A stretch of DNA of 39,698 nt. Origin: a virus. Made by a program: the position numbers and the translations under genes. The notes beneath the pieces are model-generated. The model made no database searches and had not been told where the DNA came from. It saw only the letters and a program-made list of their open reading frames with translations. The stretch covers positions 1-39,698 of IMG/VR virus record IMGVR_UViG_3300021057_000023; one strand, written 5' to 3'. Positions 1 through 7,372 of the stretch are shown here, piece after piece. The first letter of the stretch is position 1, and every line of letters begins with the position of its first letter.

Positions 1-127
1 CGTTCTTGGACGAGGACGGCTAACATGGGAATCCCTCCCGGATAAACAGGACGGACGTTTCCCTATATTACCACGAACTCCGCGTCTATTGACTTCTCCG
101 CCCGCTCCTGGAGCCGCTTTCGGAGCG
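1..127 (+). repeat. Terminal duplication, copy 1 (identical to 39572..39698)
   Basis: Read directly: cgttcttggacgaggacggctaacatggg...ggagccgctttcggagcg occurs at both ends. Length is 127 nt. Confidence 0.95.
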
Positions 128-263
128 CCTCGATCTCTGCGATGGCGGCTGGCAGATCTTCTTCGAGCAACCGCCGCACCGCCTGCGAGTGACCGTAGAC
201 GTTGGCGCGGACGCCGGGGGAAACGGCGCCCCATCTCGCACGGATCGCCGACAGATCGATCAC
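63..263 (-). CDS. Hypothetical protein (66 aa)
   Basis: GTG start overlaps the TGA of the upstream gene (GTGA), with GGGGAGG just upstream. It belongs to the tightly coupled minus-strand operon. Confidence 0.6.
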   Translation of the reverse strand: MIDLSAIRARWGAVSPGVRANVYGHSQAVRRLLEEDLPAAIAEIEALRKRLQERAEKSIDAEFVVI

Positions 264-511
264 GGCACCTCCCCTCGCGCGGGCTTGAAGACGCCGACCA
301 CGGCACGCATGACGCGCCGGCCATCTAGGTTCTCAACCACGTCGAACTGCGCGTAGCCCGACTTTACGAAGGCATCGGCGAGCGCCTTCGCCATCTGCAC
401 GCGGAGCTGCCGCGCAAGCGCCGGGCTCGGGTCGACGCCGGGCGCCAGAGCCGTCTGCACGTAGAGCATTTGCGGCAAAGCATTCCCAACGATGACGCCT
501 TCGCGAATCAC
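260..511 (-). CDS. Hypothetical protein (83 aa; trimmed from ORF 260..724)
   Basis: In-frame GTG at 511 overlaps the TGA of 508..738 and follows GGAGGGGCGGGGG. The longer N-terminal extension overlaps a better Zn-ribbon ORF. Confidence 0.6.
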   Translation of the reverse strand: MIREGVIVGNALPQMLYVQTALAPGVDPSPALARQLRVQMAKALADAFVKSGYAQFDVVENLDGRRVMRAVVGVFKPARGEVP

Positions 512-738
512 CCCCCGCCCCTCCGCCCTCGCCCCAGCGCCCGCTTGAGCGCGGCGATCAGCCCGTTGTTCGTCATCGGCGCCGGGAGGCACTTCGGGCA
601 GAGGTCGAATGAGGTAAAGCCCCCCGTGTCCTTGCCGTGGAATCTTGCGAGGTGAACGCGCGACCACGCCTTCTTGGCCTTGTGCTCCAAGATCGACGCG
701 CCGCACGAGTCGCACTGCGTCCAACTACTATCGCTCAC
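508..738 (-). CDS. Zinc-ribbon protein (76 aa)
   Basis: CDSC...CPKC cysteine pairs. GTG start is preceded by GGAGGGGCGGGGG. Confidence 0.7.
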   Translation of the reverse strand: MSDSSWTQCDSCGASILEHKAKKAWSRVHLARFHGKDTGGFTSFDLCPKCLPAPMTNNGLIAALKRALGRGRRGGG

Positions 739-1633
739 CCCCCGCCCCTCCGCCCTCGTCCTTCTTCACCTCAACCCACTTCCCGTCGCGCAGCTCTTTT
801 AGCGGATGCCGCTCGAAGTAGCCCTCGGGGATCACGTTGGGCGCCTTCTCCAACGCCTCACGGTCTACGTTGGGGCCGAGGCGAAGCTCCTCGTCAGGTG
901 GGACGGTGGGATTTCCCACGATCCCCATACCGAAGGTGAGCGTTTGCTCACCGCGTTGAGCAAATTTACTCATCCCCGTTTTGGCATTCGGTCCAGATTG
1001 CTCACGCCCCTCCTCGGCGGGGTTATAAGGCGCTCCAGGAAAACTCCTTATAACCTCCCGCAGCCTCGCCGCCTCGGCTTCGGCCTTCTCGCGCTCGTCA
1101 ATGGCACGATCAACCGTCCAGCCGATTGCCGTCCGCATGGCTTTGGCCTCGCGGAGCGCCCGACGGTAGAACAGCGCCCGCATTAGTGCCCGCCGCCGCA
1201 GCTCGCGCTCCTCGTCTCGCTGGCACTCAATAGCCCCCGCGTCGTCGCGCGACCATGCTAACTGCTTTGCGATGCTCTTGACCTGGGCCCGCGCCTCGTC
1301 CCGCTCGCGCTCGGCCTCGACTAGCTCGGTGAGGGACTCCTCCAGCTCGGCTTTCAGTCTGTCCCGCTCGCGCTCGGCGGCTTCGGCTCGCTGGTCGCGT
1401 TTCTCTGCTAGGGCCATCGCCATGTCACGGTCGGCCTCCAGCCTGCGCCGGTCCTCCAGCAGCTCGTTGATGCGCTGCGACATGGCCAGCGGATCGCGGG
1501 CGGCTAGCTCGGCCTCCAGGCGGTGGGCGTAGCGCACCAAGGGCAGCACGTCGGGATGCGAGTAGCGCGAGCCCGCGTCTCGCGCCTTCGTCGCCTGCGC
1601 CTCGATCGCGTCCAGGTCCGGCCTCTCACTCAT
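728..1633 (-). CDS. Coiled-coil protein (301 aa), function unknown
   Basis: Long E/R/A-rich heptad-like stretch. ATGA overlap with the upstream gene. Confidence 0.75.
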   Translation of the reverse strand: MSERPDLDAIEAQATKARDAGSRYSHPDVLPLVRYAHRLEAELAARDPLAMSQRINELLEDRRRLEADRDMAMALAEKRDQRAEAAERERDRLKAELEESLTELVEAERERDEARAQVKSIAKQLAWSRDDAGAIECQRDEERELRRRALMRALFYRRALREAKAMRTAIGWTVDRAIDEREKAEAEAARLREVIRSFPGAPYNPAEEGREQSGPNAKTGMSKFAQRGEQTLTFGMGIVGNPTVPPDEELRLGPNVDREALEKAPNVIPEGYFERHPLKELRDGKWVEVKKDEGGGAGGER

Positions 1634-1875
1634 TCCCGTCCCTTTCCGCCAGGTCGTGGCTGGGAGAGACGGCTATTTTGAGCCAACTTGTTCCAGGCCG
1701 CGATGGCCGTCTCGTCTCTCTTGTGACAGGTCCCCGTCTCGCAGGGCGGCGTGCTCGCGCACTCGACCCAGACGTAATTGCGCTTCATCTCGTGGCTCGT
1801 CAGCGTCCAGCGCGCATAGAGCTGCGCCGGCCCACCGCAGACGCCGCAAGGGCGTAGCTCAGGCTCGGCCATCAC
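1630..1875 (-). CDS. lar: Lar-like restriction-alleviation family protein (putative)
   Basis: LRPCGVCGG near the N-terminus, a second Cys cluster (VECAS..PCETGTC) and DETAIAAWNKLA near the C-terminus. This matches the CxxCG ... eAi.aWN pattern of the Lar family. Confidence 0.5.
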   Translation of the reverse strand: MMAEPELRPCGVCGGPAQLYARWTLTSHEMKRNYVWVECASTPPCETGTCHKRDETAIAAWNKLAQNSRLSQPRPGGKGRE

Positions 1876-2099
1876 CCGCCCCCGAGGGCGTCTCGGCCCC
1901 GAAGCCAGTGCCAGAGCGCCCGCCAGTAGCTCCCCCGGTAGACCATGAACGAGAACCCCTCGGTCTCGAAGACGGCCAGCGCGTCATAGACCATGGCCCA
2001 CGCCCCGCCGACCATGTTGCACTTGAGGCAGAGGCGTAGCGGCAGACCCCAGGCGATGACCTTGGCCGTCTCGTCGTCGCAGCGCGGGCACGTCTTCAT
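1872..2099 (-). CDS. Zinc-ribbon protein (75 aa; trimmed from 1872..2168)
   Basis: MKTCPRCDDE...CLKCN. The ATG at 2099 forms an ATGA overlap with the stop of 2096..2425. Confidence 0.65.
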   Translation of the reverse strand: MKTCPRCDDETAKVIAWGLPLRLCLKCNMVGGAWAMVYDALAVFETEGFSFMVYRGSYWRALWHWLRGRDALGGG

Positions 2100-2425
2100 T
2101 GCCCGCCCCCGAGGGCGTCGAGGGCTTCGCGTAGTGCCTTGAGGCGCTCCCGCGGCACGAGGACCCAACCGGGCGCGCGCTCATCGTCGTCGGGGACTAA
2201 CTGCTCCTCGTCAGGGATGCGAGCCGCCTCGGCGACGGCTAGCAAGGCGGGCAGGGCATTCCGCGCCGCCACGATCAGCTCCAGGTCCGCGCACAGGTAC
2301 GGCTTGCAGACCGTATAATCCGAAAGCTCGCTGCGGATGATCGGCACCGGACCATCGCAATTGATCGTCCACGGCGCCTTAGACGCGAGGTCGTCCCATT
2401 TGCGCAGCTCCTCCAGCCTACCCAT
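2096..2425 (-). CDS. Hypothetical protein (109 aa)
   Basis: ORF in the coupled operon with an 8-nt overlap with the upstream gene. C-terminal tail is ..ALDALGGGQ. Confidence 0.65.
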   Translation of the reverse strand: MGRLEELRKWDDLASKAPWTINCDGPVPIIRSELSDYTVCKPYLCADLELIVAARNALPALLAVAEAARIPDEEQLVPDDDERAPGWVLVPRERLKALREALDALGGGQ

Positions 2426-2627
2426 CGCCCGACCCCTCCTCGATCCTCTTCACCAGCCGCCCCCGCCTGCGGCGCATCCGGTCAAGCTGCCACTCGACGA
2501 CGATCTTGTAGGACCCGCACGCCTTGGTCACCTTGACCAATGCCCAGTCGGCGGCAACCGCTAGCGCGCCGATCCCGAGAACTAGCAACAGCAGGCGCCC
2601 GATCCAGAGCGCTACGACGTCAGCCAT
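2418..2627 (-). CDS. Small membrane protein (69 aa)
   Basis: Hydrophobic stretch ALWIGRLLLLVLGIGALAVAADWALV followed by a basic tail. Confidence 0.65.
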   Translation of the reverse strand: MADVVALWIGRLLLLVLGIGALAVAADWALVKVTKACGSYKIVVEWQLDRMRRRRGRLVKRIEEGSGDG

Positions 2628-2814
2628 CGCCCGACCCCTCGGCCTTCTCTCGCTGCCGCCCGCGTTCCAGCAGCATGCGCTCGATCCTGGCGCACTGCGC
2701 GGCGCCTTCCTTGGACAGTCCGACCTTTTCGACCAAGGCCCGCAGCTCTGACGGCGTCAGGCCGTCGATGACCCGCGCCATCGCGTCCAGCATCTCCATG
2801 ACGCTATCGCTCAT
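2620..2814 (-). CDS. Hypothetical protein (64 aa; trimmed from 2620..2895)
   Basis: The ATG at 2814 forms an ATGA overlap with the stop of the upstream gene. Translation begins MSDSVMEMLDAMARVIDGLTPSELRAL. Confidence 0.6.
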   Translation of the reverse strand: MSDSVMEMLDAMARVIDGLTPSELRALVEKVGLSKEGAAQCARIERMLLERGRQREKAEGSGDG

Positions 2815-3029
2815 TCCGCCCCCTCGGCCTTCTCGGGGGCGTCCTGTCCCCCTAGGTCCATCTGCGGCCAGAACATCGCCGCCAGCTCCCGGCACCGCCG
2901 TGGTTCCGTCTTCACCCGCTCAGGCATGTACGTCCGCATGAAGTCGGCGAACTCGCCCGGCCCGTCCATCCGGTCCGCGTAGGCTCGGAGCGCAGAGGCG
3001 ATCAGCGAGCGATCGGAGTCACTCAGCAT
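2811..3029 (-). CDS. Hypothetical protein (72 aa; trimmed from 2811..3098)
   Basis: ATG at 3029 is preceded by GGGGGAGGGGG. Confidence 0.6.
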   Translation of the reverse strand: MLSDSDRSLIASALRAYADRMDGPGEFADFMRTYMPERVKTEPRRCRELAAMFWPQMDLGGQDAPEKAEGAE

Positions 3030-3276
3030 CCGCCCCCTCCCCCAACCCCGCCTCGGCAAGCGCGGCGCGGGCCGTGCAGGGCCAGCACAAGCACGCAACG
3101 CCGCTAGTTGGGTCGCCTTGGCAGTAGGCTTGGGCGATCTGCCGCATCGCCGCCGCGAGGATGTCGCGTTGGCACTTCGTCTCCTCTAGTTCGGCGTCCA
3201 TTCGGTCCGTGATGTCCGTCACAACCTCGATGATGTCCTGGCGGGTCACGAGCGGATGCTTGTGGCGCTGCTTCAC
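3019..3276 (-). CDS. Hypothetical Cys-containing protein (85 aa; trimmed from 3019..3378)
   Basis: GTG at 3276 forms a GTGA overlap with the upstream stop, and GGAGGGA lies upstream. Confidence 0.6.
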   Translation of the reverse strand: MKQRHKHPLVTRQDIIEVVTDITDRMDAELEETKCQRDILAAAMRQIAQAYCQGDPTSGVACLCWPCTARAALAEAGLGEGADAE

Positions 3277-3524
3277 GATCCCTCCCCGCCGTCGCTTCGC
3301 TGGCCGAGATGCGCCCGCACCGCCTTGACCATGCTGCCGTGCGCGGCCGCAGACACGGCGTAGAGCGCGTACATCCAATCAGTCTGCTCGTCAGGCTGGA
3401 TGCACTCCTCGCGCAGCGCGCCGTCGCGGCCACGGACGATGACCCAAATCGGCTGGTTCGCCCAACCAGGGCCGGCCGCTGATTCCGCGTAGGCCGTCAC
3501 GATGCGGTCATCCTTGGTGAACAT
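3273..3524 (-). CDS. Hypothetical protein (83 aa)
   Basis: ATG at 3524 is preceded by GGGGAG. An alternative TTG lies at 3536. Confidence 0.6.
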   Translation of the reverse strand: MFTKDDRIVTAYAESAAGPGWANQPIWVIVRGRDGALREECIQPDEQTDWMYALYAVSAAAHGSMVKAVRAHLGQRSDGGEGS

Positions 3525-3723
3525 CGGGCTCCCCAAACGTCTCCACGATCCAGGCCGCGAGGGCGAGGGCTTCGGGGGGCGTGAGCGTACCCGCTAGCAG
3601 TTCAAGCTGTCCCGAGCCGCTGACATAGGCGCACGTCCAGTCGCCGCACGAGAACGTTGGCGCTCGCGCTGCTCTGCGATGCCGCGCGTCCATCTTTGCC
3701 GCATACTCACTCGCCTTGCTCAT
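3508..3723 (-). CDS. Hypothetical protein (71 aa)
   Basis: ATG start; overlaps its neighbours in the coupled operon. Confidence 0.6.
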   Translation of the reverse strand: MSKASEYAAKMDARHRRAARAPTFSCGDWTCAYVSGSGQLELLAGTLTPPEALALAAWIVETFGEPDVHQG

Positions 3724-3913
3724 CGGCCCTCCCCAACGCCTCTCTCAGCTTCGACAGCCCGCAGGTACATGGCCGCGCGAACGTCGCGGGGCACGTCGGG
3801 GCGTGGTGACGGATCGCCTTCGCCGCCTGGGCTAGCTCCAGCAACGCGCGAGCCATCCGGACCCCGCGGCGTCCCCGCTCAACTGTCGCGCGCGCCGATT
3901 CAAGCGGGCTCAT
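3707..3913 (-). CDS. Hypothetical protein (68 aa), N-terminal paralog of 3900..4172
   Basis: N-terminus MSPLESARATVERG resembles MTTPLEMARAIVSRG of the adjacent gene. Confidence 0.6.
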   Translation of the reverse strand: MSPLESARATVERGRRGVRMARALLELAQAAKAIRHHAPTCPATFARPCTCGLSKLREALGRADEQGE

Positions 3914-4172
3914 CGGGGCTCCTCTCGGTGCGGAGGCGCTTCAGCACGTCGCGCAGATGCAGCGCCCACGCGGGCAGCGGCTTGTCCTCGTCGCCTCGCC
4001 AAACCTCGGAGGCCAAGATCATCTCGCAGTTGTCGGCCAGGTCGATGAGGGCGCGGGCGACGACCTCAAGGTCCGTTGGCTGACGCTGCTCGCCATTGAC
4101 GCCTGCTGCGATCTCAGCCCATTGCTCGCCGCGCGAGACGATCGCGCGCGCCATCTCCAGCGGGGTGGTCAT
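3900..4172 (-). CDS. Hypothetical protein (90 aa)
   Basis: ATGA overlap with the upstream gene. N-terminus is similar to 3707..3913. Confidence 0.65.
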   Translation of the reverse strand: MTTPLEMARAIVSRGEQWAEIAAGVNGEQRQPTDLEVVARALIDLADNCEMILASEVWRGDEDKPLPAWALHLRDVLKRLRTERSPDEPA

Positions 4173-4381
4173 GGCTCGTCCTCGAAGGGCTCAGCAGGGC
4201 CCGCAGCAAGGCCGGCGCGCACGGCTAGGTTGTCGATCAGCCGGCGCTGACGATGGATCAAGCGCCACATCTCCGTGTTGTGGCGGTAGGCGCGCGCGAT
4301 CACGAAGGTGTAGAGCACGTTCACCCCCGCCAACGCGAGGATCATGGCGGTAAACACGGTCGCCTGCGTCTCTTGGCTCAC
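4169..4381 (-). CDS. Small membrane protein (70 aa)
   Basis: Hydrophobic stretch VFTAMILALAGVNVLYTFVIA. GTGA overlap at the start. Confidence 0.65.
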   Translation of the reverse strand: MSQETQATVFTAMILALAGVNVLYTFVIARAYRHNTEMWRLIHRQRRLIDNLAVRAGLAAGPAEPFEDEP

Positions 4382-4626
4382 GACATGCGCCCCGCGCGCC
4401 AGGCTTCGAGGGCCTTGAACACGTCGAATTTCGCGTCCTCGTACATCAGCTGCGCGTTTGGAGCTGGCGAGTCGTCAGCCTCCCAGAGCGCCGTCGTCGC
4501 GGCAGCCAAGGCCCGGAGCGCGCGCAGCTCGTCTAGCGCCAGCTTCATCCACTCCGCATTCGGCCGCCAACCATGGTCCGCGGCGTACTGGAGCTGCTCT
4601 AGGTCGATGTCCTTCAGCCACGCCAT
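4378..4626 (-). CDS. Hypothetical protein (82 aa)
   Basis: ATG start; part of the coupled operon. Confidence 0.65.
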   Translation of the reverse strand: MAWLKDIDLEQLQYAADHGWRPNAEWMKLALDELRALRALAAATTALWEADDSPAPNAQLMYEDAKFDVFKALEAWRAGRMS

Positions 4627-4628
4627 CG

Positions 4629-4940
4629 TTAGTCTCCAAGGCCCAGGCGGCGGGCTAGCGCGTCCACGTCTATGTCCATGACTCTGGGCGTAGTCTTACC
4701 GGCCACGTCGCAGTGGGCATCGCGAACAGCCTCCCAGAATTGCTCCCGCGTCACCGTCACGGGCGCGGGCTCGGTCTCCCAGTCGTCGGCGAGGATGTCT
4801 TCGGCGCTCGGCTGGAATACGCGCCGCGTGAACTCGCCGGCATCCATGACGATGCAGGCGCCGATATCGTTGCGATACCACCACCCCTGGAGGCATGCCC
4901 GGCGCCTAAACCGCCGGCCGGACTTTACGGCGGAGATCAA
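4629..4940 (-). CDS. Hypothetical protein (about 103 aa; start uncertain)
   Basis: A TTG at 4940 overlaps the TGA of the HNH gene (TTGA). The track's longer 4629..5069 extension overlaps the HNH gene. Confidence 0.5.
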   Translation of the reverse strand: MISAVKSGRRFRRRACLQGWWYRNDIGACIVMDAGEFTRRVFQPSAEDILADDWETEPAPVTVTREQFWEAVRDAHCDVAGKTTPRVMDIDVDALARRLGLGD

Positions 4941-5413
4941 GTCGATGACACATCCTCCCTCGGAAAATTCACGCGCGCGAGCGGCCCGTAGTATCGCAGC
5001 GCCAGCTCGTCGTATTTCTTCGCGGCGGCGACCTCGTCGTGGAAGTATCCGCCCGACTTCTTCTTCCACTCGACGCAGATCTGCACGTACCAGCAGGTCC
5101 GCTTCCAGGTGACGCCGATGAAGCGCGACGACGGCGGCGTTGCGCGCCGCGGCTTGTCGGCGTTCTGCCGATTCACCGACCGCGAAACGATCCGCAAGTT
5201 GGCCTTTCGGTTGTCCAGCTTGTTGCGATTGATGTGATCGACGTCGCGGGTCGTGTCAAAGTCACCGAGAACGAAACGATGCATCATCATCCGCCGCTGG
5301 CCGTGAACGGCATAGCCCGCGCCGCTCTTCTGCCAGGTTAGTGCCGCGACTCGCTCGAAGTCCTCGTCATCGACGATGGCGACCGCGCCGCGCGTCAACG
5401 GGATCGTCTTCAT
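4937..5413 (-). CDS. HNH endonuclease with C-terminal AP2-like DNA-binding domain (homing-endonuclease type)
   Basis: MHRFVLG...VDHINRNKLDNRKANLR (HNH_3 pattern), then FIGVTWKR..WYVQI...GGYFHDEVAAAKKYDELALRYYG..ARVNF (AP2 pattern). ATG at 5413 follows GGAGGGGG. Confidence 0.8.
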   Translation of the reverse strand: MKTIPLTRGAVAIVDDEDFERVAALTWQKSGAGYAVHGQRRMMMHRFVLGDFDTTRDVDHINRNKLDNRKANLRIVSRSVNRQNADKPRRATPPSSRFIGVTWKRTCWYVQICVEWKKKSGGYFHDEVAAAKKYDELALRYYGPLARVNFPREDVSST

Positions 5414-5523
5414 TCCCCCTCCATCTCCCGCTTCCACCCCACCGCCACCAGCGCCACCGCCAGCATCACCGTCGAGAGGGCGAAGATGACCGCGAGAGCG
5501 CGCCAGGCCCAGTCGGGGATCAT
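5410..5523 (-). CDS. Small membrane protein (37 aa)
   Basis: MIPDWAWRALAVIFALSTVMLAVALVAVGWKREMEGE. ATGA overlaps at both ends. It falls below the ORF-track cutoff. Confidence 0.45.
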   Translation of the reverse strand: MIPDWAWRALAVIFALSTVMLAVALVAVGWKREMEGE

Positions 5524-5756
5524 GCGTCGCTCTCCGGCCACCATCTCTCGTCTTCATAGGCGACCTCGGCGCGGGCCACGTTTTCTCCTTCGGGCGCGCG
5601 CACGAGAAGCTGGACGGCGCGCTTGTTGATCCGACAGATCCAGACCTCAACCCCGCCGGGCTCGCCGATCACAATTCCCTGGCCGAGCTTTCGGCCAATG
5701 ACGGAGACCGGCCTGTCGTCCGGCAGCGGCAGATCGACGGTTTGCTTGCGACTCAC
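5520..5756 (-). CDS. csrA: CsrA/RsmA-like RNA-binding protein (78 aa, with N-terminal extension)
   Basis: VSVIGRKLGQGIVIGEPGGVEVWICRINKRAVQLLVRAPEGENVARAEV aligns by eye to the E. coli CsrA pattern LTRRVGE.l.IGd.v.v.v......V.l...AP..V.v.R.E, including the Arg that corresponds to R44. GTG at 5756 follows GGAAGGAG. Confidence 0.6.
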   Translation of the reverse strand: MSRKQTVDLPLPDDRPVSVIGRKLGQGIVIGEPGGVEVWICRINKRAVQLLVRAPEGENVARAEVAYEDERWWPESDA

Positions 5757-5983
5757 CGCAGCTCCTTCCTCGGCCTCGAGCCCACGTGCCGCTCCCGGTC
5801 GCGCTTTCGCTGGAGCGACGTCCTGAAGGGCAGCGCCTTCAGGCAAGCCGGACATGACGTCACGTCAAGCCACGTCCCGGGCCGAGGGCCGCCTTTGCGG
5901 AAGTGCAGGGCGCCGCAGCCGCAAATGGCGTTCGCCATGCGGTAGGCCGCGGCTAGGCGGTAGGCGGGGGGTTGGGAGGTCAT
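5753..5983 (-). CDS. Zinc-ribbon protein (76 aa; trimmed from 5753..6064)
   Basis: CGCG...CPAC cysteine pairs. ATGA overlap at 5983 with GGGAGG upstream. Confidence 0.6.
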   Translation of the reverse strand: MTSQPPAYRLAAAYRMANAICGCGALHFRKGGPRPGTWLDVTSCPACLKALPFRTSLQRKRDRERHVGSRPRKELR

Positions 5984-6180
5984 CTCTTCACCACCGGCTC
6001 CCAGCACGTCGGCGGCAGCGTCGTCGCGTCGCACCAGGCGGGCCCGCCGTCGCGCATGAGCCACGTCTTCGGCTCATTCGAGATGAAGTAAGACCCGGGC
6101 TTGTGCGGCTGGCATGACGCCGCGCACGCGACGGCGACGACGAGAATCACGAAGAACGAATTCGCCTCGGACGTGGTCAT
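5980..6180 (-). CDS. Small lipoprotein (66 aa), paralog of the N-terminal domain of 7593..8048
   Basis: Signal and lipobox-like FFVILVVAVACAASC, plus the shared motif WCDATTLPPTCWEPV. ATG at 6180 follows GGAGGAG. Confidence 0.6.
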   Translation of the reverse strand: MTTSEANSFFVILVVAVACAASCQPHKPGSYFISNEPKTWLMRDGGPAWCDATTLPPTCWEPVVKR

Positions 6181-6274
6181 GCGAGCTCCTCCGGCGGACA
6201 AGACGAAGCATGGCAAAGCGAGACATGGCGCAACTGGACATGACCTAGCCTGGCGCGACACAACGTGATTGGAG

Positions 6275-6613
6275 TCATCCCGCCGTCCCCCACCGCGCCA
6301 GTTCGCGCTCGACGTCATCGATCGACCGCGCGACGAAGCCGATGCCGCCGGCCTTGCGAAAATCGTCCAGGAACCGCTCCTGCGCCTCGGTGGGCTTGCC
6401 GCGGGGCGCCTTGACCTCGATCGCCAACGGCCAGCCGAGCCAGATGCCGAGGATGTCCGAGACGCCGGGCCGGAAGTGTTTCCCGGGGCGCCGGTAGACC
6501 TTCTTCGTCGGGTCGAACAGGCCGACCGATGCCGTCGGCCAGGCGAGGCAGCGATGGGCTGCGAGCCAATCCAGAATGGCGTTCTGGATCGCCTTCTCGG
6601 GCGTCGTCTTCAA
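6275..6613 (-). CDS. VRR-NUC domain nuclease (PD-(D/E)XK fold)
   Basis: GVSDILGIW..PLAIEVKAPRGKPTEAQERFLDDFRKAGGIGFVARSIDDV matches the VRR-NUC D...E.K...Q pattern. It is the first gene of the leftward operon and uses a TTG start without a clear SD. Confidence 0.7.
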   Translation of the reverse strand: MKTTPEKAIQNAILDWLAAHRCLAWPTASVGLFDPTKKVYRRPGKHFRPGVSDILGIWLGWPLAIEVKAPRGKPTEAQERFLDDFRKAGGIGFVARSIDDVERELARWGTAG

Positions 6614-6803
6614 GGGAAGGACTCAGGCCGCGGGATGACCGCCGCTCATCGGTGGGGGTGATGTGCCCTTCTAGCCCGCGTCCGGCGCGGCGTCAACGAG
6701 ATCCGGGCGCGTGGCGTCGGCGTCGGCGGCGAGGTTCGGGGAGAGTCGGTTTCGTGCGGCCAAAACCCTTTAAAAATAGATGCAGGAACGCATGTGTTAT
6801 AAC

Positions 6804-6832
6804 TTGACGAGAGCCGCCCCGAGTCGTAACCT
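6804..6832 (+). promoter_or_regulatory. Candidate sigma70-like promoter for 6851..7195
   Basis: TTGACG (6804..6809), a 17-nt spacer, then TAACCT (6827..6832), in the only AT-rich patch of the intergenic region. Confidence 0.3.
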
Positions 6833-6850
6833 GAATGAGTAGATCCCAAG

Positions 6851-7195
6851 ATGACAGAACCCGCGCCCGAAGCCGCTTCCGCCCAGGTCGGTCAGCTCGA
6901 CGCCGAGATCGCCGCGCTCGCTGCCGACGTCACGTCCTTACGCCAAAAGCTTCGGCTGAAGATCCGACAGCGCCGCTCATTGGCGCCGGTTCAGCCGCTT
7001 CATGAGGTCGTCGCCGTGGTCCTCGCCGAGCACCCAAAGGGTATGAGCGTCAGCGACCTGATGCGCGCCATACAGGCGCGCGGACGGCTGCTGCATCTCG
7101 ACCACCCGCTAATCAACTTGGTCACGGCGCTGCGGCGTCACGAGCACCGCTTCGTTCGGAAGGACGGCCGCTGGAAGCTCCGGCGTCGGCCGTAA
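6851..7195 (+). CDS. Coiled-coil plus HARE-HTH-like winged-helix DNA-binding protein
   Basis: The C-terminal part VVAVVLAEHPKGMSVSDLMRAIQARGRLLHLDHPLINLVTALRRHEHRFVRKDGRWKL fits the HARE-HTH pattern (..pm...el...i...l....p...l.a.l....F.r...g.W.L). Confidence 0.5.
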   Translation: MTEPAPEAASAQVGQLDAEIAALAADVTSLRQKLRLKIRQRRSLAPVQPLHEVVAVVLAEHPKGMSVSDLMRAIQARGRLLHLDHPLINLVTALRRHEHRFVRKDGRWKLRRRP

Positions 7196-7372
7196 TCGTT
7201 CGGCGTTTACGGCCGCAGTGACGCGGCCGAAAAACGAAGCCTCGCTTGGGCTGCAACCCTTGCGAGGCGTCTAACATAGCTTGGCGCGTAAGGCCGAAGC
7301 GTATGCGTGTACTAATCAAGGTAGCGCGTCGGCCCTCTGCGCGTCAAGCGCGTCAAGGGAAGGACCGCGTCC

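Noticed and set aside
508-2834. CRISPR array or other spacer-repeat structure suggested by the recurring 15-24 nt blocks
   Set aside because: The repeats are few (two copies each), differ from one another, have irregular spacing equal to gene lengths and lie exactly at coding junctions. They are RBS/tail cassettes, not CRISPR repeats.
4937-5650. 237-aa version of the HNH-AP2 ORF. Similar N-terminal extensions occur in 260..724, 1872..2168, 2620..2895, 2811..3098, 3019..3378, 5520..5855, 5753..6064, 5980..6318 and 8159..8542.
   Set aside because: Each extension overlaps a better upstream gene. An internal ATG or GTG with a GGAGG-type SD and an ATGA/GTGA overlap gives a coherent, non-overlapping operon.
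6181-6274. GACATGG/GACATGA/GCATGG short direct repeats in the 94-nt gap between the VRR-NUC and lipoprotein genes, as a regulatory array
   Set aside because: There are only three short 6-7 nt copies, easily explained by chance. They are noted but not supported as a feature.
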